DNA of 64,000 nucleotides from Azolla caroliniana (GCA_043228905.1 JBHGNT010000002.1:7254001-7318000); one strand, 5' to 3'. Counted from the first letter of the stretch, positions 1 to 11,855 are shown. Notes: a model not told the origin generated them from the sequence alone. Numbers and translations are program-made.

Positions 1-470
1 TCTTGGAGCACAACACACAATCACGATGAGGCGAATGGGCTAGATCGAGCGACCAAATCGCTCTAATACCATGTAAAGAATCAAGAGATGGATTCTTGTG
101 AAGCGGAAGAGATATGAGTTATGTGTGTGTATGAGAGAGAGAGAGAGAGTGAGAGTGAGAGAGACGAGGAATAAGACACAGAGAATATGCAAGGTAAGAG
201 TATATTAACAAAGGAGAAAGAATCCACTAAATACAAGGTGGGAGAAGGGTGCTTTATATAGTCACCCTCTCTCTTCATTAACTACAAGGCTCATGGAGCA
301 TGGGGAATGTGAAAGCTCATAAGTTATGTGTCATAGAATATGATTCTATGACTCATACTAAATGCTAGAATACAAAGAGGTGACTTAATGGTGACTCTTG
401 ACCGTTGGAGTGTCTATTCACTCTCAAGGTGAGTTCACACATTAGACCAAGTTGAGCTTGATTCTCAACA
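1..470 (-). mobile_element. 5' end (LTR 72-470, PBS 60-71) of a minus-strand Copia-type LTR retrotransposon running off the left edge; inserted into the chromovirus pol
   Basis: gctctaatacca (60-71) is the reverse complement of a tRNA-iMet PBS with one mismatch. It abuts TGTAAAG...CTCAACA (72-470). The minus-strand LTR start TGTTGAGAATCAAGCTCAAC resembles the LTR starts of C4 (53873) and C1. Confidence 0.8.
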
Positions 471-2362
471 TACCTCTTGGGCATCCTGTTTCCAATCTCA
501 ACAACCAGGTATGGACTACCGACAATTCGAATATCATGATGGTTTGTTATTCTTTAAAAAGCTTGTATATGTCCCCGATTGCTCCTATCGCCTTCAAATC
601 GTCCAAAATTGCCACGACACCCATACGGCGGGACATTTTGGTAGTACTAAGACATTGGATCTCGTTCAACGATCTTTTTGGTGGCCCCATATGCAACGTT
701 TTGTCGACGACTACGTTCGGACTTGTGATGCTTGTTGCCGAGCAAAGATGCCCCGACACCATCCATATGGCTTGTTGGAACCCTTACCGATTCCAAGTAA
801 GCAATGGAAGTCTATTTGTCTTGATTTTATCACAGATCTGCTCGTCTCGAAGGGGTTTGATGTTATCTTAACCGTCGTCGATCGATATACTAAGATGGCA
901 CATTTTGTGCCGTGTACTAAGGCCATCACTAGCGAGGAAACTGCCACCCTTGTCATGCGTGAGGTATTTCAGCATCATGGCCTCCCAAATAGTATCATCA
1001 GTGACCGAGGACCTCAATTCGTCTCCAAATTTTGGTAGCATCTCTTCAAGATGCTCAAGGTCTCTTGCAACCTCTCCTCCGGCTACCATCCCCAGACCGA
1101 TGGGCAGGCGGAACGACCAAACCAAACGCTGGAACAATATCTCCAATGTTTTCTGAGTTATCAATAGGACGATTGGGCCGAGATTCTCCACTTTGCGGAT
1201 TTTTCATATAATAATGTTGTTCACTCCTAGACTCGGGTCTCCCCATTTTACGGTTATACCGGGTCTCATCCCCGCCGGTCGGTGATTGACACCTCGAAGC
1301 TACCTACCAATCCTCATGCCGAGGATCATTTGGAGAGGCTACGTAAGATCCAGATGGATCTCTCTACTCATCTTCGTCATGCTCAACACACACAGAAGAC
1401 TTATGCGGATCGTCATCAGCTTCCCTCCTCTTTTGCCATCGGATATCGAGTATGGCTTTTACGTCGTCACATCAAGACTACTCGACCGTGCGACAAGTTG
1501 GATTATCGACGACTCAGTCCCCTCCGTATTACTAGTAAGGTTAATGATGTCACGTTCTGCCTTGATCTCCCTCTACATCTTCAGATCCATCCGGTTTTCT
1601 ATAGCTCTCTTCTTGAACCTTATAAAGCAAACACTATTCCCGATTGTGTTACACCACCACCGCCCGCATTTGAGTTGGAAGCCGTCCCGGAGTTTGAAGT
1701 TGTTGCCATCCTCGATTCCAAACTTGTTCGCAACAAACTTTATTATTTGGTCGATTGGCTCGGTTATGGTCCGAGTGAACGTACTTGGGAACCCGTCGAG
1801 CATGTCGCCAATGCTCAAGATCTTCTTGTTGAGTTCCACCGAAAGTATCCGGACAAACCCAGTCCGTAATCAACGCCAACTCGTTCCACTCGTCGTCTTA
1901 AGGGTGAGATAGTATCATGATATGCCAAGACTCGAACCCATGACCTTATGTTATATGGGTCGAGCTCTTGACCATTATACCATCTATTGTAATACATAGG
2001 ATATTATTTTCATTTAAGTTTTATTATAGGAAATTAATGTATATTCCATATTTCTTTGGAACATTCTAGAAACTTTAGGATTACTCCTGAGAACACTATA
2101 AAAGAAGGCACTAGGCATTATTTTGAACCAAATTGGTTCAACGTCAGTCTTAAGCCTCATAGCCATCTTGTACTTACTCTTCCTATAATATATCATCTAT
2201 TATCATCATCTCTCTCTCTCTCGTCCTCACTATATATCTCTCTCTCTCTTCTCTTCTCTTTCCTCCCTCTCGGGAGTCTTACACAATCCCTTCCTCTTAG
2301 TACTAATAGTACTTCCCTTCTCTAGTACTAATTCTCTCTTTGTTTTAGTACTATTCCTGACA
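471..2362 (+). mobile_element. 3' part of a Ty3/Gypsy chromovirus: integrase, chromodomain, PPT and 3' LTR
   Basis: ORFs 511-1038 and 1282-1869 encode integrase and chromodomain pieces. Purine tract aagggtgagatag at 1900-1912. LTR 1913-2362 reads TATCA...TGACA (mutated TG start) and has a TATA-like ctataaaa and a CT tract. Confidence 0.85.
511..1869 (+). pseudogene. Chromovirus integrase-chromodomain, broken by in-frame stops
   Basis: HHCC motif (HDTHTAGH...CDAC), core motifs LDFIT, VVDRYTK and SDRGPQF, and chromodomain FEVVAILDSK...YYLVDWLGYGPSERTWEP. Stops occur at 1036-1038 and downstream. Confidence 0.88.
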
Positions 2363-2591
2363 GTGGGGTGCTCGTGTGCTCGTCTTCTTTGTGTTCGTGC
2401 TCCGTGTTCGGAATTGCTTTTGTCTCTAAGGATATTTAGTATTTATGTTTTGTTGAGCTTGTGGTTAACTAGAAGTTGCCACATTGTAATAAAACCCTAT
2501 TTTATAAAGGGCACTCTTGCATTGCAATCGAACTTACATATCTACTTCTTTAGCCAATGTCATTCGTGTTTTCTTTCTTTAATTCTCGTCT

Positions 2592-3125
2592 CCTTGTACG
2601 TTCGGTCTTCTTGTGACGAGGGAGCGTTTCGGGCGTGCCCATGCACCTCTCCTCCTCATAAAGGCGTACGAGCATTTGTGTGTGAGTTAGATGTCTTCCT
2701 TGTACGTTCGGTCGTCTTGTGACGAGGGAGCTTTTCGGGCGTGCCCATGCACCTCTCCTCCTCATAAAGGCGTACGAGCATTTGTGCGTATGTTTGTGTC
2801 TTCCTTGTACATTCGGCCATCTTGTGACGAGGGAGCTTTTCGGGCGTGCCCATGCACCTCTCCTGCTCATAAAGGCGTATGAGCATTCGTGCGTGTGTTT
2901 TGTGTCTTTCTTGTACATTCGGCTGTCTTGTGACGAGGGAGCGTTCGGGCTTGCCCATGCACCTCTCCTCCTCATAAAGGTGTAGGGTGTTCGTGTTTGT
3001 GTGGTTGCCCCTTTCCTTGTACGTTCGGCGTCTTGCGACGAGGGAGTGTTCGGGTGTGCCCATGTACCTCTCCTCCTCATAAAGACATACGGGCATTCGT
3101 GTTTGTGTTCTCGTCCCCTTGTGCG
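2592..3125. repeat. Tandem repeat of about 105-106 bp, 5 copies, in the probable 5' LTR/leader of element B
   Basis: Unit cttgtacgttcgg...gacgagggagc...cccatgcacctctcctcctcataaagg starts near 2592, 2698, 2803, 2909 and 3015. Confidence 0.92.
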
Positions 3126-6100
3126 TTCATTTTGCGTGCTCATCCTTGTTTGTCCCCATTTGATCACTTGGCTCATGTGGTGATCTTGAAAACTCGACGA
3201 GTCGTGATCAACGAAAGCCACCGGCCCCACAAAAGGGGCAACGAGCCCTTTCCCAGGAAGTGTTCTTATCGTAAACCAAATCTCGGGTCTTCTCTATCCC
3301 TTCGTACTCCCTAGTCCAAGACCCTCTTGGTCCCACCCAAGTAACACACACGTGCGAAACTTCACGACATAAATTGGTGAAGCCGACGTGAGAGGGCGGC
3401 AAGGGAGATCCAAGATGCGAGGAGGAGAACTTGTTGAAGCGATGGCGGCAGCGGTGGACCGCTTGGTAAATGCCTGTGCTATGGCACTTCTACAAGAATT
3501 TGAGAAGCGCTTCGTGCGACTCTTGGCTCTCGACAGGATGGTGCTTGACACAAGAAAGGTCCTACTATTCATAAAAGTTGTTGATGTACAAGACTGAGAC
3601 AAGGTGGGGCTCCTCCTCGAAACTGATGATGGGCTATAGTAAAACGGATTTGTAGTCGCTTCGATAAGAGAAGGGAATGGAACAATGGGTCCCCGTAGAG
3701 CGGCCAAACATCCACAAGCTCCATGAGTGAGATACATGAACCCAGGGGTGGTAGAGCACCTCAAGAAAGAGAGCAAGCAAATGCAAGGTTCGTGCCCGAG
3801 AGAAATGTGGTTGAAGCATTGTCTGGAGGGTCGGCAATAGACGAGCTCACAAAGATGGTGCGAGATCTCCAAATAGTGCAAGCTAGGAGAGAGAGTGGCG
3901 GCCCTCAAGATTGGCGTCCCCCGTTCACGCAAAGATGTATGTGGTGCGACAATCCTGACCACCTACAAAGGGAGTGTGGAGACTTTCCAGAGGCCCTAAG
4001 AAGGAATATTGTCTTCGACGGAGACAAGGCGCCCGTTGGGATTGAATCAAGCCTGAGGGGGCATGAGAAGGCTAATGGAGGAGGCCGAAGCACGACATGT
4101 TGAAGCCGTCCACTACTCGGCGTCGGTTGGGATCCGAATGGGGAAAGAGGTGAGGAGGCAAGAGGAGAAAGAGATTGACTTTTCGCCATCAATCCTTGGA
4201 AGCCTCTCTAGGGGAAAGTTCAAAAGAAAAGAAGCGGAGGAAGTAGAAAGAAGGGTCCAAGAAGCAACTAGGTGGAAGAAAAGATGGGCTTAGTGGAAGC
4301 CGATTGCCAAAACTACGAAGTAATGGTAGAAGAGAAGAAGGTCGGAAATGATGAGGGAGCCGGTCCATCAAGGAAATACGATGCTCGAGGTGCACGAAGA
4401 AGGGAAGAGATGAACCAGTCTCAAGCATGCGATGAAAGATGGAAAAAGAAGGGGAAACTCCCCAACTTCAAGCTTTGCTCGGAGATCGAACAAACAACAG
4501 ACTTGAAGAAGGTAGTGGAGGAAAGGATCCTCGATAGTCGCGTAGAGTTTACTCTACAAGAGGTTCTCGGAATTGCCAAGAAAGAATTCCACGAGGTCAT
4601 CATCAACCTAATGAAAAGGAAGCGGCTCTCAACGAGCAAGAAGTGGCAAAGCCCGCGATTGTAAATGCATTGTCAACTAAGGTGCCTGAGGAAGACGAAG
4701 ACTATGCGGACAGTCACTACACGAGACCGTATTGGGCGAGAGCGATAATGGAGACACAGGTACGGGTCAGAGAGGTAAAAGAGCCGGTTGTAGCATTGAT
4801 GGACCATGGCTCTGAGATCAACCTTATGTACATGGAATTTTATAAAAAGGGAAAGTGGCCGATCAATACGAAGCACGGATGGACGATTAGAGTGGCGACC
4901 CGAGCAACCGAGGACCTATACGGGGCTTGCCCGAATGTACGAGTGAAGGTGGGGGACGTAGAAATAGATCAACATTTCTTCGTTCAAGAGATGTCCTTGC
5001 ACCCAGTCATCTTGGGTGAACCATACATCACGATGACTCGCATGGAAACGAAGGTGCTAGACAACGGGTCGGCATATGCGAGGGTCAAGAGCCAAGATGG
5101 GAAGCATTCAGTCCAATTCCTTACGGTGAGGCCCAACCATGAGCACAATCGAGCCTCCCTCAAAGGGGAGAGTCGAGAGGATTTTTGATACGGGCTATTA
5201 AAGAGTGGGGCAACAATAGCCCGAGGCAAACTAAGACCCTAAACCCTTACAAAACTATTAAATGTAATAGGAAACAAATTTGGTTCTCCAAAAATGGAGC
5301 TTGTAAAATTACTAGTTTAAGTGATAGAGATAGGTCTAGGGCGAAGAGATACAAAAGGTATCTCAAACAATGTAATTTATTAGGGGAAGATGACACCATA
5401 AGCGGCGCCATGGAGGCGTTCTTGTTCGACGACACTCTCGGAGAGATGGAGAGGATAATCACTTCAGGCCTCAATGAAGACAAGGTAATTCCAGTCAACT
5501 CAATTGACATGTACACCACCATCAAAGAGCTTGGGCGGTTGATCGAGGAAGCGAGGACGGTCGAGGTGCAAACAAAGTACAAAACCGTGGACAAGAAGGT
5601 GAAGCATGTGGCTGCCCCATTGCCTAACGATAGTTGGGATCAGATAAAGGGGGTTGCGGTTGATCCTAGCTTGCGGGACCCACGAGGCATAGGGCACCGG
5701 TTCACCGATGAGACGCGACAGAAGCTCCGGATTGGTGGGGGTGGCTTCCTATTGCCTAGGGAGGAGGAAAGATTTAGAAGGATGATCGAAAGCCTCAGAA
5801 GGGCTTTCGGGTTCTCATCGGGTGAGATAGGGTGCGTAAACCCTAAGATCGTGGAGCCAATGGTGATCTTTAAGGTACCACATGTACCGTGGAACATCAA
5901 ACCAATCCTGGTTCCAAGAACTCACATCCCAAAGTTGATTGACCTACTCAAGGAAACGATTGAGATGTGTGAGCGTAAGTGTTTGCGGAAGCGTAAAACA
6001 GAGAACAACATAGAGAGAGAGAGAGACAGAGAGAAGGAGAGAGCAGAACACAATTTCAAAATTATATCAAAACTCTGTACACACACTGTGCTAAGTAGCA

Positions 6101-7083
6101 CTATTTATACAAGTCCTCTTGGGACTGACAGAAGTACCATGTACTTCAGTGCTCACACGAGCATCTGACACTTACTACGAGGCTATAGCTACCTAGTAGT
6201 CTATCCTATACTAGGCTTCCGATTGGACTCCGGTTACGGATTGCACCCGGCTTCCACTGCTTGCCGGTTCGGTTGCTCACCGTAATACCGATCCGTCTCG
6301 CCCGATCCGTCTCGCTTACCGGCTCCGGCTTATTCAGCCAATTCGGCTCCGGTTGAGCTTGCCGCTCAACACTCCCCCTCAAGCTCAACCTGAGGTGGGT
6401 TCGTAGTGTCGACCTCTGTGGCAGTCGTTTCTTCCAACCGACTTCTCCTGGCGTCACTCTGCCTTGCTCGCGCTCCTCGTCCGGTCCAGTCCCATTTGGC
6501 GCGACCCCTTTGGTTCTGCGCGCCTCGACTCTCTCGGTCGGCATGTCTGCTCAATAGGCCCATCTCAGCACTCACGTTGTTGTGACTCCGGCGCTTGCCG
6601 ATCCGTCGGTTCTCCCACGATGGCATCGACTTCCGCTGTGTCTTGTTGTCTGTCTGGCCGGACTAGCCTCAACACAGGTGTCTATCCGACACTTCTCCAA
6701 AGGGGTGGTAAGGATTGGATGCTAGGTTACACGCATAAGATGATTACAATTAAGCACAGACAGTAAACAATACGAGATACAGATAAATACGCAATAATTA
6801 CTATTGTATTACTTCCGTCAAAACACTTTACAAATCATCGGATCCTTTTATAGGCATCCGGCAAGGTTACAATCGGTGCGCTTAGGCAACCGACATCCGA
6901 ATCAGTTCGGATCCGGATCGGTACAACTGTACCGAATCCGTCCCTCCAAATAATAATTCTACTATTATTTACTTCCTATTATCCGATCCGATTCCGCCTT
7001 CCCACTTGTCCTTGCTCTTCTGACCGGCCAACACATGGCACGCCCGTGGGAAAGTGCCTTGCACTTCGAATCCACTCCCGGCC

Positions 7084-10000
7084 TCAGTCTTCCTCCAAAA
7101 TATCGAGCACACTTTGCTTGATAGTGTCAAGTGGTGCTTCTTCCTCCTGTTCTTGTTCCTTGCCTGCCTGGTCTCCGACCTCCTGTTGGGTAGGCTGTTC
7201 CGTAAAAATTTGTTGCTCCGGCTCTGCTTGATTCTGTGGTGCCGATGCTTCCTCACCGCTTCGTCCGGGTTCTTCCTGTTCTCCCTCCATTCCTAGCTCT
7301 GTTCTGTTACCGGTGTCGCTTTCTCCGGTCTCGACTGGTCGACTCGATACGCCTCCTTCCTTTGCTCTGGTGTCTTCCGGTCTCAGCTCTTCTTCTTCTC
7401 CGGCATCGGTCTGCTCCTGCTCTTCTTCAAGTTCGTCTTCGGGTATTCCTCGTCGGGGTTGTTCGGTGTCGGTTGGTTCATCTTCAGCCGGTCGCTCTCC
7501 CTCACTTATCGTGATTGGCGTCGTTCTTCCCTTAGCTTCCTGTCGTAACTGGTCCTGCTCGTATCTCTCCAACTCCAACTGAGTTGCGAGCTGCCCGTCA
7601 TCCAACCTCTCTACCAACCCTCGGATTTCTTTGAGGTGTTCTTCTGCTAAAGTGTAGAAATCCTCCGACAATTCCTCCCGAATGGCGACGATACTTTCTT
7701 CATCCATCTTGTAGAACCTGTCACCGGTCTTCTTCCGATTCTCGGCATCCGCTCGGAGTGTCTGCAGCTCGGTTGCCTGTTGTGACCACTCCTTCCATAG
7801 CTTTTCCGTACTTTCGTTGATGCTTGCCTGAGCTCGGGTACTCCATCCTGACATGATGAGCTTGATCCGGTCAACCCCTGCCTTAGCATGTGCATAAGCT
7901 TCCTGCTTTTCCTTCCTTGCCCGTTTTATAATGTCAGCCATTATCTGAGCCTGGGCCTCGTAATCTGCTTTCTGCTTTTCATAGGTACTTTGCAGTTTGC
8001 TGATCGTGAAGGTCGATTTTTCCTTTTCTTCATTCCTGATCTTGGTCAAGTCCAGCTTTTCCCACCTTAGCGCCTCTAATTCCTTCCTTCTCTCCGTTGC
8101 TTGGGCTATTTCCGCCGACAATGCTTCCTTGTTGGCACTGACCTCATCCATCGCCTTAGCCAGGTCTAATCGGGTCTCTTTGAGCTGCTCTTTCAGCTTC
8201 TCTATTTGCCGGTCGTAGTCTGCTGCCCGTTTTTTGTTGTCCGACTCGGCCTGCTTGTGATCTCGGTAGAGAGGTCGAAGTCCTCCGTCTTCTGCTTCAG
8301 GCGTCAGGATGCCTGAGCTCTTAACCGATCGTCCCGGTCCTTCTGTTGTCGGAGTTCTTCCTGCAGTCGTTCTATCTCTTGCTCGGCATGTCGACGTAGT
8401 CGGTCCTTCTCCTTCTGCAGCTTCTCTTTTTCTTCTTGCAGTCGGTCATTAGCGGCTCGACCTTTCCGGAGGCCTTCTTCCATTTTTCGTCTGTCGTCCT
8501 CCACCGCTTTCCGCTGCTCCCTTTCTCTTTCCCTTAATGCCTCCTGAGCTTTTAACTCCTCTCGTAAGGTTTCTATTATTTTTTCGGTCTCAGGGCCGGT
8601 TTGCAAGGCTACCGGTTCCGGTTCCGGTTCTGGTTGCTTCCTTGTTGTCCCGACCGGCTCGGTGACAGCTTGTGCTTGTTGAATTCCTTCCCTTGCCTGC
8701 AACAGCTCCCCTTGCATTTCCTCGATCTGTGTTCGGAGCGCGACCAACTCCTGAGTTGTTGTATGTGTCAATTGTTGCCTACACGTTTCTTCTTTCTCTA
8801 ACTGGTCCGCTACTCCCGATAACTGCTCCGAAAGCCATCTCAGCCATTGTGGCTTTGTTCTTCCGGTGTCGGGATGGCCTTGCTCACTTAAGCCAGGCTG
8901 ATTTTCCGGCCTCTTCTCTGGCTCTGGCTCCGGCGCTTGTTCCTTCTTCTTATCTGGGATGACCGGTTTTCTGAAGTCCGGCCCAACCGGTGTCGGTGCT
9001 GCTTCCCTGGTTACGGGTTCCGGTGATGTTTCCGCCTCGGCTACTGGAGATGGTCCTTGCACCCTCTGCTGAGTTCTGTCCACTGGTGGAGCCGGTCCTT
9101 TCGCCCGTTTCTCCCGACCTTGTCTTGCTGGGAGTCTTACCAGTGGTTCGGATGAGTCTTCTGTTTCAGCTTCCTCCTCCGGTGCGGTTACCAGACGGAC
9201 CTTTTGTATAAAGACCTCTGGTTCCGGTTCCGGCCGTCGCAGCGTTATATGGATTGGTTTGCGCGCTACCGGTTCCTCCTCGGCCGCTTTCCCTTTGCCT
9301 TTACCTGCCGGTTTTGCCTTTGTTGCCGGTTCCTGTTGCTGTCGGGATGGTCCTTCCCCCTGCTGTTCTGCTTCTTGCTGGGTCCATCCGGGGGTGTGTT
9401 TCTCCAAAATCTGTCAGCGCTTTGTGACCTTTTTCGGCGTCGTCTCCTGCCGACCTCTTTTCTTTTGTGTGATGGGGAGCACTGGTGGGACTAACACCGT
9501 TAGCCATTGTGCTATCCCGGCCCATGGCTTTTTTCCTTCCACAAGATTTTTGATGGCCTCCTTCAATCCTTCGGTTATGAAATGGAGCCAGTCTATTTGT
9601 AAGCCTTCGTACGCTGCTATTAAGAACGTTGCCCGGTACTTGGCTATGGCTGGGGGACGGGGATTCACGAATCCGTATTCCATCATAGCGCGGGCCACTT
9701 CTCCGAACAGCAGGTTCTCTCCGCCCTGCGTTCGGTACGCCTTGCTGCTGATAGAGTATTCCCCGAAATATTCGAACAGGATTTCACTGGAAGGGTTTTC
9801 GATTGTTTGAAGTCCTCCTGCTTTGATCCCCGTGAGCGCCTGCACCGCTCCTTCCGTGACTTCTGATATATCGATCGATGCTGCCGCCTGCTCTGGTTCT
9901 GCGTGTGGTGGAGCGTCGGCGATCCGCAGCAATCCTTTTAACCCGTTCTCCCTCATCCATTGGCGTGCCTCTTCCGACAATACCATTGTTTCGAATTCTT

Positions 10001-10256
10001 CGTCTGCTGCCTGTTGTTCGGGATCGCGATGTGTGTGCTCTGTGCGTCGGGTCGCTCTTCTGTGCTTCTGCGCCTGTATGTAGGAAAATTCGTAAAAAGT
10101 GAGCCCTTCGCAGGCCTGTGTCTTATATAGTGGGTTGTGCCTCGAGCCGCCCTTTTTCGTTTCCCGCGCATGTTCCTCTCCCGCCATAATTAGTATGTCC
10201 TTTCTTGTTTGCCGCGTGTGAGTGTCCACGTTCCATGCTTTAAATAGCAAGTCCAC
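7084..10256 (-). pseudogene. Extra ORF 3' of pol in element D, about 1050 codons, coiled-coil and E/Q/P-rich, function unknown
   Basis: ORFs 9414-10256 and 8304-9407 share a frame and are separated by one TGA. ORF 7084-8151 follows after a stop and frameshift near 8250-8300. Confidence 0.7.
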
Positions 10257-10395
10257 GCATGTCCTTCTTTAATGCATGGCGCCTCTTCATTGCATGGTGG
10301 CGCTCCCACCTCTTGTGATCTCCCCATCATTACTATGATTCGCGTCGATTTTGCCCACGTCTTTTTTTTTTTTTTTTTTTCTTTCTTGGACCACG

Positions 10396-11490
10396 TCATT
10401 TGCTTGTCCCCCCCGATTTGTTCGGGTCGGTTCGTGTGGATACCGGATCCTTCTGTTGGTTTTCCGGGATAGTCTTTGTCAGTATCGGTGTCGGTTCTTC
10501 CTCGGTCCGAATATCTTTAGCAGCGTCCGTCGGTGTCGGTTCCTCATCTTGCCGGATTTCCGGGTTTTGGTTGAACGGGTTGGCTGGCATATTTCCCTTA
10601 TACAGCTTTAGTCGAAATCCATTTGCCCACTTGCCGATGACATCTCCAGACAACGTGCCGAGCTGATACGACCCATTGTACTCCTTGGTGATCCAGAACG
10701 GTCCGGTCCATCGAAACCGCAACTTTCCCGGCATGTTCCCCATCCGTGTCTGGAATAGTAGTGCCGGTTTCCCGACTTCGAACTCCTTTTCATTGCCACG
10801 CCGGTGTCGGTCCACGAAGGCTTTTCTCCTCCTTTGCTCCAGTTCGAGTTGTAGTAAGCTGGCTATTCGGTTTTCCTCTAATTCCAACAACGTCGCCAGC
10901 CGAATTCGTTCGGACTCGTTCTCACTTAAGCGCTCCTTCACCTGAATCCGTAAGCTGGGGATCTGGAACTCTACCGGCATGACCGCTTCTAACCCGAATG
11001 CTAGTCGGAACGGGGTTGTCCGGATGCTGGTTTTGTACGTTGTTCGGTACGCCCATAGCGCACTTTGCAATTTCGTATCCCAGTCGGTCCGGTTCTCGTT
11101 GACGATTTTTCGTAGGATGTTCTGCAAAGTTTTGTTCGTTGATTCCGCTAGTCCATTGGCTTGAGGGTAGTAGGGAGTACTCTTTTTATGTACCACCGCG
11201 TAAAATGATGTCAGGCTTTCTACTACCTGCCTGAGAAAATGTCCTCCTTGGTCACTTATAAGCTCGATCGGGCATCCATACCGGCACCATATGCATTCAT
11301 ACAGAAACTTTGTCGTGGACGCGGTCGTGTTGTCCCGTAAGGCCTTTGCTTCTACCCATTTGGTGCAGTAGTCGGTCGCCACTATGACATACCGATTTCC
11401 AGTTCGCATTGCCGGTGGTTTAAAGGGACCGACAAAGTCCAACCCCCACTTTTGAAACGGTTCCAAGGGCAAGACCGGGTGGTGTGGCAT
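10396..11490 (-). CDS. Gypsy integrase core of element D; N-terminus lost, CxxC just upstream followed by a stop
   Basis: WGLDFVGP, ATDYCTKWVEA, SDQGGHF, YYPQANGLAE, GPY/F-like WTGPF. Upstream sequence reads KYSRECDLCQ*. Confidence 0.85.
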   Translation of the reverse strand: MPHHPVLPLEPFQKWGLDFVGPFKPPAMRTGNRYVIVATDYCTKWVEAKALRDNTTASTTKFLYECIWCRYGCPIELISDQGGHFLRQVVESLTSFYAVVHKKSTPYYPQANGLAESTNKTLQNILRKIVNENRTDWDTKLQSALWAYRTTYKTSIRTTPFRLAFGLEAVMPVEFQIPSLRIQVKERLSENESERIRLATLLELEENRIASLLQLELEQRRRKAFVDRHRRGNEKEFEVGKPALLFQTRMGNMPGKLRFRWTGPFWITKEYNGSYQLGTLSGDVIGKWANGFRLKLYKGNMPANPFNQNPEIRQDEEPTPTDAAKDIRTEEEPTPILTKTIPENQQKDPVSTRTDPNKSGGTSK

Positions 11491-11855
11491 CCGGGCCTGC
11501 TCTGTGGGTTGGCCCAGTCATTGACACAAATCGCATTCTCTGCTATACTTCACAATCGGTTCGGATCCGGATCGGTACAACTGTACCGAATCCATCCCTC
11601 CAAATAATAATTCTACTATTATTTACTTCCTATTATCCGATCCGATTCCGCCTTCCCACTTGTCCTTGCTCTTCTGACCGGCCAACTGTCTGTGTCCCCT
11701 TCGCCTTCAGTCGATCCAACTCAACCGGATCCATCTGTTGATCCGAGTCAGCTGTCTCCGACTCGTTCCAGCTCTTGTCCGAATCGGTACACTCCGATTC
11801 GACTTCCGGCTTCAGGCCTCTCACCACATCGGACCACTTCCGAGTCTTGGCCTTC

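Larger units (their letters stand above)
6684..11686 (-). mobile_element. Internally deleted Tat/Athila-like Gypsy element D: integrase plus a long extra ORF; complete 3' LTR about 6684-7033, truncated 5' LTR 11554-11686
   Basis: 6900-7032 is directly repeated at 11554-11686. Flanking duplication TGTCT at 6679-6683 and 11687-11691; removing the element restores the C1 reading frame. Minus-strand TATAAAA at 6846-6852. Confidence 0.85.

Noticed and set aside
2550-3314. Repetitive ORFs of 226 aa and 146 aa
   Set aside because: By-products of the 105-bp tandem array; unit length drifts out of frame.
5968-6168. C-terminus of ORF 5185-6168
   Set aside because: Read-through from Gypsy B into the inserted C1 LTR; the true frame resumes at 22497.
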